IMG/VR virus record: IMGVR_UViG_3300042486_001809
Coordinates: 1-28,628 of that record
Reading direction: 5' to 3' (one strand)
Length of the DNA: 28,628 nt
Origin: a virus
Taxonomy: Duplodnaviria > Caudoviricetes
Below, in pieces: positions 8,467 through 17,211 of this stretch. The stretch's first letter is position 1; each line of letters starts with the position of its first letter. A program made the position numbers and the translations under genes. The notes below the pieces were generated by a model that saw nothing but the letters and a program-made list of their open reading frames with translations, had not been told where the DNA came from and searched no databases.

Positions 8467-9269
8467 TGAAATACCTATTAGAATATACCAGTTTTATCAT
8501 ATCAGAAGGCGGTAATGCTTTTCCAGAAACGGTTTCTGTTAAAAGAGAAGATATTCAAAGAATCGTTGCAGAGTTTAACGATAAGGTAGTCCAGGGAATA
8601 CTCGGAAGCCAGCCTGGTGAACCGATTGGTAGCTGGAAACAGAAACCTATTTCAGGAGATATTGATTGCCTGGTATACACAGATTTAGAACTTCCTAAAA
8701 TCGTTGAGCTGTGTAAAGCTCAAGGAATTGATGCAAAAGCATTTTATGGTTTTAATATTGTTTCAACTAATTTTACTCCAACCAATCACGAGCCTGTTCA
8801 AATTGATATTTTTGTAAGACCGGAAACTGCAAATAAAGAGGCTACTGATGTTTTCTATAAAAATATAGAAGAAGATCCTGATACAACTAAACACCGTGTA
8901 TATTTCCTATTTACAATTCTTGATTCCAGAAAAGAAGATATCGAAGGCGATCCTACACAACCTTCTAAATTTACAGGTTATATGTTAAGACCAGACGGTC
9001 TCTATAAGATTGTTAAAGAGATGAAAAAGGTAAATTACAAAATCATGGATCGTCAATTAATTGCTGAGTCTGCCGAAGATATGGCAAAAGCGATTTTTGG
9101 AGAAGCCTTACCTTTTAACGAATGGAATACATTTAAGAAAACATTTGATCTGTTCATGAAGTCTCCGCTCTATCCAAATAAACAGGATATTGTTATGGCT
9201 TATATTGAAAAATTAAAGGACGAAGGCTTACCTTTTCCAAAGAGTGTTACGTTAGACTCTTACGTTTAA
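8466..9269 (+). CDS. Pol-beta superfamily nucleotidyltransferase with capsid-targeting-like leader
   Basis: IGSWKQKPISGDIDCLV fits hGS..DxD and VQIDIF supplies the third Asp. N-terminus MKYLLEYTSFIISE. Confidence 0.75.
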   Translation: MKYLLEYTSFIISEGGNAFPETVSVKREDIQRIVAEFNDKVVQGILGSQPGEPIGSWKQKPISGDIDCLVYTDLELPKIVELCKAQGIDAKAFYGFNIVSTNFTPTNHEPVQIDIFVRPETANKEATDVFYKNIEEDPDTTKHRVYFLFTILDSRKEDIEGDPTQPSKFTGYMLRPDGLYKIVKEMKKVNYKIMDRQLIAESAEDMAKAIFGEALPFNEWNTFKKTFDLFMKSPLYPNKQDIVMAYIEKLKDEGLPFPKSVTLDSYV

Positions 9270-9898
9270 CCAATATAGTTAAGACCCTCACCAAAATCTA
9301 GGGCAATATCAAAGTTATAGAATTGGAATGATACTTCAAATGTATTAAACTTTGGAGCATTTTCATTATATGAAAGCGAGATTTGTGTCATTCCTGACAA
9401 AATTGGGTGATTAAACACAATAGACGAAACTGCATAACCCTCATTATTTAAGAGAGTTAACCTGATTGGATCCATTGTAATTCCTTGTGGATCCTTAACA
9501 AAAGGCTTGCCTTCGCCACTTAGCGATCTACGTAGGTTAGTTGGTTCCAAGTTTCCTTGATCTAAATAGTTAAGAGCATTATCTAAAAAGATAAAATAGT
9601 TAAGGTAAGCATCACTCAATTTAAATTTAATTGTAAACTTACGCTCAAACATTTCTGCAATCGGTTTTGCACTATGAAACTCTTGCATTTTACCAAGAGG
9701 TCGAACTTGACTTACCATAGGCACGGTAAAGCCATTAAATGTTACTGACTGAATAGTAGATGCCATAAAATCTTCAATCGTCTCGTATGGCATAATAAGA
9801 CTATTGTAGTATTTCTCGTATTTCTTACTTATCTCCTTTGAGAAGAAAGTCTCTGGGAAACTGATTAGGAATCCATTTTGTCTTGCGCTTAGTATCAT
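9266..9898 (-). CDS. Tail tube-fold protein (T4 gp3/gp54-like)
   Basis: IQSVTFNG, FTIKFKLSDAYLNY, IRLTLLNNEG, FNTFEVSFQF pattern of tail-tube family proteins, with the late motif upstream. Confidence 0.6.
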   Translation of the reverse strand: MILSARQNGFLISFPETFFSKEISKKYEKYYNSLIMPYETIEDFMASTIQSVTFNGFTVPMVSQVRPLGKMQEFHSAKPIAEMFERKFTIKFKLSDAYLNYFIFLDNALNYLDQGNLEPTNLRRSLSGEGKPFVKDPQGITMDPIRLTLLNNEGYAVSSIVFNHPILSGMTQISLSYNENAPKFNTFEVSFQFYNFDIALDFGEGLNYIG

Positions 9899-9904
9899 AT
9901 AGAT

Positions 9905-9912
9905 TATTTATT
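9905..9912 (-). promoter_or_regulatory. Late-promoter-like AATAAATA upstream of tail-tube-like gene
   Basis: Recurrent motif immediately after a terminator. Confidence 0.6.
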
Positions 9913-9918
9913 CCACCT

Positions 9919-9949
9919 AAAAAACAAAGGCTGCACTCGCGTACAGCCT
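9919..9949 (-). terminator. Rho-independent terminator
   Basis: Minus strand AGGCTGTAC-GCGA-GTGCAGCCT-TTGTTTTTT: 9-bp stem, GNRA loop, U tract. Confidence 0.85.
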
Positions 9950-9976
9950 CGGTCTTTCATAGTAGGTATTATTAGA

Positions 9977-10426
9977 TTAAGCCTCTACAAACTTAAAGAA
10001 TGTAGGGTAGTTATTACCGCTCTTTACATCTTTAAGCGTTTCTAACTTAATTGGGTGATACGATAATTCTTTCTCTTGACTCAATAATTCATTAAATTCC
10101 TTATTGAATTCTGCAAAGTTAGGATTCATCTTAGAAACTTCTTTACCATCTTTGTCCATTTCTTTGATAACCATTTGGAGAGAAACTCCACCTTGCTCGT
10201 CAGCCGTACCATATTTTTTGATCAATTCTTCACGTTGTGAATCTAAGGTTTTAGCCTCAGCATTTACCACATCGTTTAACTGGTTAATCCAGTATTTAGC
10301 AACTAGACCAATTTCTTCGTCTAGAATACCTGATTTTACCTTCTCTCCATTCTGCTGGTTGATCAAGCCATTAAGTTCGCTTTGTAGAGAGTAGATTTCA
10401 AAAAGTTTTACTGTTAAGTTCTTCAT
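9977..10426 (-). CDS. Hypothetical helical protein (DUF1617-like); likely start MKNLTV at 10426
   Basis: AKYWINQL...REELIKKYG...FNKEFNELL pattern. The longer ORF start lies inside a terminator. Confidence 0.7.
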   Translation of the reverse strand: MKNLTVKLFEIYSLQSELNGLINQQNGEKVKSGILDEEIGLVAKYWINQLNDVVNAEAKTLDSQREELIKKYGTADEQGGVSLQMVIKEMDKDGKEVSKMNPNFAEFNKEFNELLSQEKELSYHPIKLETLKDVKSGNNYPTFFKFVEA

Positions 10427-10483
10427 GAAGTTATTACTTTTTTGTTTTCTTATACTATGGGTCAAACTCTGGTTTTGCTGCAT

Positions 10484-10513
10484 AAAAAAAGGGAACATAA
10501 AATATTCCCTTTT
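10484..10513 (-). terminator. Rho-independent terminator
   Basis: Minus strand AAAAGGGAA-TATTTTATG-TTCCCTTTTTTT, directly after the 10533 gene. Confidence 0.8.
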
Positions 10514-10532
10514 AACTAATTTAAAATTTAAA

Positions 10533-10868
10533 TTATGGTAATTCTGGTTCAGCCGGAGGCGTAACTGGAGTCGGTTCTGGTTGAACCCATTCAGTATCTC
10601 TAACTAAACCCGCTTTTTCCAATACTACATCAACGAATACCATATCATCGGTACCCCAATTAGCAGTATCTTCTGCTGTGCAGTTAATGTGCTTAGTCAT
10701 AATTTGAACAACTGGAGTTGATGGTGTTCCTGGATTAGGATCAGCTTCATATAAGTTAACAGAAGCAGTCGCGCTGCCTGATGCTAAATCATAGTGCATT
10801 AAGTGGATAATAGCAAATTCTGCAGTTTTGCCAAATCCTGTAATCGATTCGATTTTTACTTTTAACAT
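10533..10868 (-). CDS. Small tail-fibre-associated hypothetical protein (likely start MLKVKI)
   Basis: WGTDD motif and Pro-rich tail, with an exact TATAAATA upstream. Confidence 0.7.
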   Translation of the reverse strand: MLKVKIESITGFGKTAEFAIIHLMHYDLASGSATASVNLYEADPNPGTPSTPVVQIMTKHINCTAEDTANWGTDDMVFVDVVLEKAGLVRDTEWVQPEPTPVTPPAEPELP

Positions 10869-10887
10869 TGTAAACAATATTTTTTAT

Positions 10888-10895
10888 TATTTATA
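10888..10895 (-). promoter_or_regulatory. T4-type late promoter TATAAATA
   Basis: Exact T4 late consensus about 20 nt before the ATG. The variant AATAAATA occurs at six other gene starts. Confidence 0.65.
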
Positions 10896-11234
10896 TTAGA
10901 CTTCAGCTAAAGGTTCTGACCAAGCTTCAGTGGAAAGAAGAGTAATAATCTCTTCATGAGTTAATTCTGGATAAGATTCGCTCCAAATAGAAGGTCTTCC
11001 ATATATCCCAGCTGGAGTAGTAAAAGTTTCTTCGACCATTGATTCTGGGTTAAGCAGAGTTTGTACAATATCTTCTTCTACTATGTTAATATCGTATTTA
11101 ACAAATGTTTGAGAACCGTCCAGGGAATATCTTAGAGAACTTTCATTAAACTCGTGAACCTGATCAAAATTAATTGACTCAACAATAGTTGATGGAATAA
11201 CTAGCCATCTTCTATTTTCAAATGGGTTTGCCAT
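10896..11234 (-). CDS. Small acidic hypothetical protein associated with LamG genes
   Basis: Coupled (TAATG) to the LamG gene. INFDQV..SLRYSLDGSQTFVKY. Confidence 0.75.
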   Translation of the reverse strand: MANPFENRRWLVIPSTIVESINFDQVHEFNESSLRYSLDGSQTFVKYDINIVEEDIVQTLLNPESMVEETFTTPAGIYGRPSIWSESYPELTHEEIITLLSTEAWSEPLAEV

Positions 11235-12790
11235 TATAAATTAAATCTTTTTTTGTATGCATTAAAGTTTTGAGATACTTCATTATCTGATAAAACTCTA
11301 TTGTATATTTTAACAATTGGAATTTTTCCAATAAACCATCGTTCACTACTTGTGGAAAAACCTTTTCCGAAAACTAAATTTGAAAATGCTCCATACCAAT
11401 TACTAAAAGAGGCTGTACTTACAAGAGCACCATTATAATAGGTCTTAAAGGTTGATCCGGTTCGGGTAATTGCAGTATAGTGGTATGGTGTGCCACTTAA
11501 CCCAGAAGAAACTACGGGTATTCCAGTATAACTACCGGATGAGTCTCCAACTATCCATACTAAATTTCCAGAAGAGTTTTGTTCAAGCCTCGGTCCAATA
11601 TTACTATAAGCTCCGCTATAAACTAACCAATTACAATCAATTGGATTTCTATAATTAGAAACGTTATCTGATTTAAAAACTATTTCAACGGTAAAATCAG
11701 AAATTGATCCTAAATTACCTACGCTACCGTAATCGTCGGTTCCATCAAATTGAAACATTCCAGTATTATCATAACTCATAACTGGTAAATCTATTGTTCG
11801 GTTACCTGTTGCATCAAGTAGAGCAGTCGTTGTACTTCTTGACCCTGCAACAAATGGAGTAGGGTGAGATTTTTGTTCTACTTGAATGTTTGCTATATCA
11901 TACTTATCAAGGGCTCCTGGCCAAAAGTAGGAAATTACATATTCATTAATTGGTGTAAATTGAAAAGACTGTCTGGTCCAAACACCAAGAGGACCATGTG
12001 TATAACTGTGACCCCAGCTAGTTGGACTAACACTTCCATAATTATAATTAGACATGCTTCCGCCAGCATTTGCAGTCTGTTGGTTTAAAGCTCTTGTCCA
12101 AAATGAATATGTATGAACTTGTCCTGGTACAACTACTGCGTCTGGCCCGTATGCCATTCCATCTGCGCTTTCTGGACGATGCGCATGTAGACGCATACAA
12201 TCAGTTTTTTGAGAAGGATATAGATCAAATCCTCCAGTGATTATTTCTTTAACAAGACCTGAATTTGGAAGGTGCGGTGCTCCCCACCATTTAGTAGGAA
12301 ATCCGCTGGCGCTTACTGAAACTCTTTGATCTAACCAAAAGGAATCGTGAACTTTATGACCACCGGTTGCTGGATTAATATAACCCTGATCCCCACCTTG
12401 TGAACCATTGTACGCATGTAGTGAAAACTGAGTATCTGAAATTTTCTTTGCAAAATAGTCTGTGCCTGCACTAACTCCACCTCCACTAGTTTCTGGTCGA
12501 ATTACATCAAATGAGTATATTCCATGCGAGCTAACTGTAGTAATTATATTATTGGATACGCTTGAAATTGCGGGAATATCCCAATAAACAGCACAGCCAT
12601 TATTTCCACAATACTTATTTGTATTATAAGTGGCCCAACCATTACCTAAGGTCGGATAGCTGTTTACTTGTGGTGACGGTATAGTATTTACAGTTGGTGC
12701 TCCTTTATAACTATTAAAAAAATCGGCAGAGTCAAATGCAAAAATTAACCCAGTCGAAACTTGTCCATTATATCCAATACGAATTGCCAT
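11234..12790 (-). CDS. LamG/concanavalin-A-like virion protein with inserted carbohydrate-binding-like domain
   Basis: GLIFAFD, FQFDGTDDY, FTVEIVFK, TYYNG, VKIYNRVLSDNEVSQNFNA. Confidence 0.85.
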   Translation of the reverse strand: MAIRIGYNGQVSTGLIFAFDSADFFNSYKGAPTVNTIPSPQVNSYPTLGNGWATYNTNKYCGNNGCAVYWDIPAISSVSNNIITTVSSHGIYSFDVIRPETSGGGVSAGTDYFAKKISDTQFSLHAYNGSQGGDQGYINPATGGHKVHDSFWLDQRVSVSASGFPTKWWGAPHLPNSGLVKEIITGGFDLYPSQKTDCMRLHAHRPESADGMAYGPDAVVVPGQVHTYSFWTRALNQQTANAGGSMSNYNYGSVSPTSWGHSYTHGPLGVWTRQSFQFTPINEYVISYFWPGALDKYDIANIQVEQKSHPTPFVAGSRSTTTALLDATGNRTIDLPVMSYDNTGMFQFDGTDDYGSVGNLGSISDFTVEIVFKSDNVSNYRNPIDCNWLVYSGAYSNIGPRLEQNSSGNLVWIVGDSSGSYTGIPVVSSGLSGTPYHYTAITRTGSTFKTYYNGALVSTASFSNWYGAFSNLVFGKGFSTSSERWFIGKIPIVKIYNRVLSDNEVSQNFNAYKKRFNL

Positions 12791-12803
12791 ATCTTAAATT
12801 ATT

Positions 12804-14024
12804 TTAACAAAGGTAACAACCCCTATTTTCATATCTACTTCGGGTTCTATTATAAATTTCTAATATTTCAGGCTGACCTAAAACTCGATTATATGCAAGA
12901 GCCATTGGAATTTCACCTAAATATTTAGAATGATATTCGCCGCCGATCATTGGCGCCGATCCTAAATAGGTTCCTCCATAAAATCCAGTATTTGCACTAG
13001 CTACTTGTGAACCATTTAAATATAATTTAAGTTGACCATCGGTTGATCGTGTACAAGCCAGCATATTCCAGCCAGTTGGAGTTCCACCCCCACCTAGGAG
13101 ATAGTCGGCAGATCCGGTATTATTACCAACCCATGCTGCAATTGAACCGTGGTAGTAACTCATTAGTTTAAGACCTGCTCGATAATCTGGTGAAGTACAA
13201 ATTAGGGTTCGGTGCGGAGCGCCTGTGTCTCCCCACCATTCAAACCATGAAATTAGAGTTTGATTTTGCGAAAGATTTGCGTTAGATATACCGCTTACCG
13301 TTAACCAATTATTTGTACCATCAAAATAGAGAGTGCCATCATTTAGATAACCAGCTCGGGTTAAATCTATTGTGCCAGTTCCGGTTACATCAAGTAAACC
13401 GCCAGTTATACTTCTTGATCCAAGCACCAATGGAGTTGCAAAATCTCTTTGTTCAAGCTGAAAACCAAAATATGCCAGTTTTTCACCAACAAAGTCTCCG
13501 GTATAGCTAGTCATATAGAGGCCATTTTCATTAGCTGGAGTAGTTACCGTAGCAGAAATTCTAATCCACTTATGCCGAGGCCAATTTAGGTAATTAGTAT
13601 CTCCATTATAGGCAAAGGGCGCAATAAACGTATTATTGACTGCAGTTCTAACATGCGGCTGTATTCCAATAGTGGTTCCGGTAAAATAAAAATAGATTGA
13701 GAATGTATAGACTGTACTTGGGCTTACTGGAACAATTGAGCTTCCTATATGCTGACTCCCAACTTCAGTTACGGTTGAACTAAAAATCTTAAGACCAGAC
13801 GTATCAACATTTGCGATTACCGGTTTAGCAATTGATGTGTCATTATCATTAAATGTGGTTGATCCACTGTTAGTCCACCAATTTGAGTTGGAGTTTAGGG
13901 AAGGATTTGACAAATATGCTAGGTTTGTAGTAGGTGCCCCTAAATATGAAGTATTTCTGTCATTTGTATCAAATGCAAAAATTAATCCATTTTCATTATA
14001 ATCTAATCCGCTTTTAATTGACAT
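12804..14024 (-). CDS. LamG/concanavalin-A-like virion protein with inserted carbohydrate-binding-like domain
   Basis: GLIFAFD, YTFSIYF...WIRIS...FQLEQ insert, FDGTNNW, KLYLNG, YNRVLG. Confidence 0.85.
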   Translation of the reverse strand: MSIKSGLDYNENGLIFAFDTNDRNTSYLGAPTTNLAYLSNPSLNSNSNWWTNSGSTTFNDNDTSIAKPVIANVDTSGLKIFSSTVTEVGSQHIGSSIVPVSPSTVYTFSIYFYFTGTTIGIQPHVRTAVNNTFIAPFAYNGDTNYLNWPRHKWIRISATVTTPANENGLYMTSYTGDFVGEKLAYFGFQLEQRDFATPLVLGSRSITGGLLDVTGTGTIDLTRAGYLNDGTLYFDGTNNWLTVSGISNANLSQNQTLISWFEWWGDTGAPHRTLICTSPDYRAGLKLMSYYHGSIAAWVGNNTGSADYLLGGGGTPTGWNMLACTRSTDGQLKLYLNGSQVASANTGFYGGTYLGSAPMIGGEYHSKYLGEIPMALAYNRVLGQPEILEIYNRTRSRYENRGCYLC

Positions 14025-14026
14025 AA

Positions 14027-14149
14027 TTATTCCTGTGCGGCAGAGTTTGCCTCGGCTTCAGAATAGTAAATACCAATTAGGTCAGCTCCTTCTAGAACAA
14101 ACCAACATGGAGTTCCATCTAAGTCAATTCCAGTTTCTACGTATTTCAT
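14027..14149 (-). CDS. 40-aa acidic protein missed by the ORF track (MKYVETGIDLDGTPCWFVLEGADLIGIYYSEAEANSAAQE)
   Basis: The ATG overlaps the upstream TGA (ATGA) and the TAA ends 2 nt before the next ATG, exactly filling the gap. Confidence 0.75.
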   Translation of the reverse strand: MKYVETGIDLDGTPCWFVLEGADLIGIYYSEAEANSAAQE

Positions 14150-14823
14150 CGACCGTGTCTATTTTTTTGTGCATTGTAATTTGCTAAAACTTCTTCACTG
14201 GATAGGGCGCTATTATAAACCCGTAATACAGAAATTCCACCAGAAAATTGACGGCCGTCTGCTTCCCATCCAACATTACAATCACTGTATACATAGCCAG
14301 CGGTTGCATAAGTTGAAACAGTATTAACCAAGGATCCATTTACATACTGCTTTAGAGTATTTGTACCTCGGTCCCATACTGAAGTAAGGTGGTGCCAAGC
14401 TTGTCTGTCCATGGTTACTCCAGGCTCGTGATATCCCTGATTTGTGGTTGCATACCAATAGTTACTTAACTGCTGGTTACCTTTATTCCAACTAAGATAC
14501 GCCCATCCCTGAAAAATACACCCACGGTCTCCTCCACTTAATTCATTAGCCTCTGGGTAAATCCAAGCCTCAAGCGTAAGTGAATTCATATATTGCGCAC
14601 TGCCGAATCTAATTACAAACCTGTCTCCAATATCATCTAAATAGAAACATTTGGCTCCGCCTACTGTAATATTACGAGGACTTCCGATAACATCTGCATA
14701 GAATCCATTTCCACTAATATCAGACCAAATTGCACCGGATCCAGGGTAACTATTAACGTCACCTGCATCCAGGGCTAGGAGTAAATTTCGGGTAGTTATT
14801 CTTGGATTATAGTGTAGAGCCAT
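14146..14823 (-). CDS. Single-domain LamG/concanavalin-A-like protein
   Basis: LLLALDAGDVNSYPGSG.WSDISGNG, TLEAWIYP, WHHL, YVNG, RVYNSALS. Confidence 0.9.
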   Translation of the reverse strand: MALHYNPRITTRNLLLALDAGDVNSYPGSGAIWSDISGNGFYADVIGSPRNITVGGAKCFYLDDIGDRFVIRFGSAQYMNSLTLEAWIYPEANELSGGDRGCIFQGWAYLSWNKGNQQLSNYWYATTNQGYHEPGVTMDRQAWHHLTSVWDRGTNTLKQYVNGSLVNTVSTYATAGYVYSDCNVGWEADGRQFSGGISVLRVYNSALSSEEVLANYNAQKNRHGR

Positions 14824-14849
14824 TATTCTTGAAAAGTTTATTCTAAAGA

Positions 14850-14857
14850 TATTTATT
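14850..14857 (-). promoter_or_regulatory. Late-promoter-like AATAAATA upstream of LamG cluster
   Basis: Recurrent motif in an intergenic gap. Confidence 0.55.
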
Positions 14858-14901
14858 CGAACTTGTCTATTTCTACCGGAAATACTGGCTGCTACTACCG
14901 A

Positions 14902-15906
14902 TTAAAGAATTGTTAGCAGCGCATAGGCAATCATTAATGAAATCCAAATGACTAGGGCCTTTAGATATGTTAAAAACCCAGTATGAAAATATTTTTGCCC
15001 AATTGGTAAACACTTGTGAGATGGAGAAATTAGGTATGCTGAATATTCAAGTGTAAAGAACAGCACAAAATAGTGCATGCCAAAGATACTTGTTAATAAA
15101 CTTACAATACTTGCGTATTTGGCCGAAGATCCCAATAGGAATGACGATAGAAACGCTACCATAGAGACTAGAATGATGCTCTGTGATGTGGAATAGGTTT
15201 TGATATAAGATTCAATTAGTGGATAATATGATGCGACTAGGTTACCTAAAATAATAACTAGCGCAACTATCCAAACAATCTCCCAATTGATATACGATAT
15301 AAGATTCTTCCAACTCTTTGAATACCAAACTAGATAAGTGGTAAATGCCGTAAAAATAGCAAAGTAGTGATCGCTAAAACAGCTTGCTAAGATTGCTGCA
15401 AAAAATGGTAGAACCACTAATGTGATATTTTTCCAGTTAACTGGTTCGTCATGCATAATTATATCAATTTCATCGTCCTTTAATGAAAGAATATAGTAAC
15501 TAATATAGAGACCACTAATAAGTAACAGAGGCCAAATATATGACATAAATTGCATATAAGTAAGACCCAACACTGCCATTGGAATAATTGTAGTTTTTTC
15601 CAAAGGCGACCATAGATAATAATGGTGAGTTGCTAAATAATCGATGATGCCAAATTTCTGTCTCTTTTTATCATTAACTGGTGCAATGCTATTTAGCATA
15701 CTCGCTGAGAGTGCAACTCTACCTGGAATGGGTAGGATTCCACCAAACAGTGAGACAAAAAAGACCACCATCTTTTTGGACTTAACTCGTTGGGTTAAGA
15801 CTCTAAAAATGTCCATCAGGTATCCCCGGTCCTTGAGGATACCTGTGATAAACATAATAAAAATTAAATAGACAAGAAATTCTTGTCCTTTTATTAAAAT
15901 CTCCAT
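14902..15906 (-). CDS. Multi-pass inner-membrane transporter, IT superfamily (DUF401/CitMHS-like)
   Basis: About 9-10 hydrophobic segments, with FGGILPIPGRVALSA, HHYYLWSPLE and ISPSHKCL. Confidence 0.8.
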   Translation of the reverse strand: MEILIKGQEFLVYLIFIMFITGILKDRGYLMDIFRVLTQRVKSKKMVVFFVSLFGGILPIPGRVALSASMLNSIAPVNDKKRQKFGIIDYLATHHYYLWSPLEKTTIIPMAVLGLTYMQFMSYIWPLLLISGLYISYYILSLKDDEIDIIMHDEPVNWKNITLVVLPFFAAILASCFSDHYFAIFTAFTTYLVWYSKSWKNLISYINWEIVWIVALVIILGNLVASYYPLIESYIKTYSTSQSIILVSMVAFLSSFLLGSSAKYASIVSLLTSIFGMHYFVLFFTLEYSAYLISPSHKCLPIGQKYFHTGFLTYLKALVIWISLMIAYALLTIL

Positions 15907-16865
15907 GCAAAAATGATTGTGCTACGTGATGCTTTTGATTCTTTTGTTAAACCGGGCATTACCTCAACACTGAGGTATGCGTGTCCATTGAAACGATATT
16001 GAAATAATGGTCCAAGATAAATCTCTTGACTACTACCTCCATAATCATTATAACGATACATACTACTTACACCGATTGTAACATCGTTATTAATAATGTG
16101 ACCATACGATGCAGTTGACGCGTATTCCCGTTCTTGTAATTCTTTAGTTGGGGCAATGTTACCCTCATAAATTAAATTTAATCCCCAAATGCCATTATTA
16201 CCAATTCTATCACCAAGTAATAATTTTGGTTCAATACCCATACGACCATCCAATAACTTATGTTCTAAATAAATGGTTGGGTTACCCCAAATCTTACCCC
16301 AATCGGCAAGTGCATAACGTATTTCCCATGAGAAACCTCTCCATTTGAATTCTTTACTACCGTCTTCACCATCATATACTGTGTGTGAATATAAGTCAAG
16401 TTGTAGTCGGTTACCTAAGCCAAATGTAAATTCATCACGCATTCTGACTTGAGCTGGACCGTTCCGACGGTCACGAATGTCAAACCATTTTTCATACATC
16501 ACTGAGCCCGGTGGATTCATGACATAGACTCTGGTCGATGGAAACATTCGCATAGTACTCCAAAGTGGTTGATTATAAGGACCAACCTTTGTTTGTAGCG
16601 GATATTTTTTCGCAGTAACAATAACTTCGGCGATCTCGGTTGGACCCATGATTGAGTCGCCTGGACCGGGCTTAATTATTGTGTCGCTAGTTTTTCTAGC
16701 TTCAGCAGAACCATTCTTAATTGCAGTATTGCTATACTGTGCCTGGGCTACAGTCGTAGTCAACATAACAAGTAATACAAGGATCCAACTCTTACTCCCT
16801 CTAACAAGCGCATTGAATGTTGAGAGAAAACGGGCCGCATTTGACCCAATTGAAGTTTTCTTCAT
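15894..16865 (-). CDS. Secreted outer-membrane beta-barrel-like protein
   Basis: Signal peptide ending AQA|Q, EVIVTA motif, alternating aromatic/hydrophobic strands, C-terminal IIFAWRF. Confidence 0.75.
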   Translation of the reverse strand: MKKTSIGSNAARFLSTFNALVRGSKSWILVLLVMLTTTVAQAQYSNTAIKNGSAEARKTSDTIIKPGPGDSIMGPTEIAEVIVTAKKYPLQTKVGPYNQPLWSTMRMFPSTRVYVMNPPGSVMYEKWFDIRDRRNGPAQVRMRDEFTFGLGNRLQLDLYSHTVYDGEDGSKEFKWRGFSWEIRYALADWGKIWGNPTIYLEHKLLDGRMGIEPKLLLGDRIGNNGIWGLNLIYEGNIAPTKELQEREYASTASYGHIINNDVTIGVSSMYRYNDYGGSSQEIYLGPLFQYRFNGHAYLSVEVMPGLTKESKASRSTIIFAWRF

Positions 16866-16959
16866 ACTAATTGTTTTATTTTTAACTGAACTTGTTTGTG
16901 TAATTGGACCACACAGAAAAGTTCATACAATTAGTTATACTATTTTCAATTAGGCAGTT

Positions 16960-17211
16960 TTAAGGTTGGGTTGCTGCATTTTTTGCTTTATTGTGAAATA
17001 AGAGGGCATAGTACATAAAGGTATGAGTATAGATTCCATACTCTGGGGAACCAATATGAATTGCCCCATTTTCTCGTTCACAAATAAAGAATACAGTTGA
17101 ATTTACATCAACTATTCCAACAATTTTAAATCTGGAAACTGCTCCAATGTTGTAGTATGTGTCTAATTCATAGACAGCATCTTCGATTTGATATGTTTGT
17201 AAGTTTTGCAT
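16960..17211 (-). CDS. Hypothetical protein
   Basis: 83 aa, translationally coupled (TAATG) to the Hint-domain gene. Confidence 0.7.
   Translation of the reverse strand: MQNLQTYQIEDAVYELDTYYNIGAVSRFKIVGIVDVNSTVFFICERENGAIHIGSPEYGIYTHTFMYYALLFHNKAKNAATQP

Noticed and set aside
16925-16955. Fur-box-like sequence (TTGAAAATAGTATAACTAA) upstream of the barrel gene
   Set aside because: Only one half-site resembles the consensus in AT-rich DNA; better explained by the ATAGTATAA motif.
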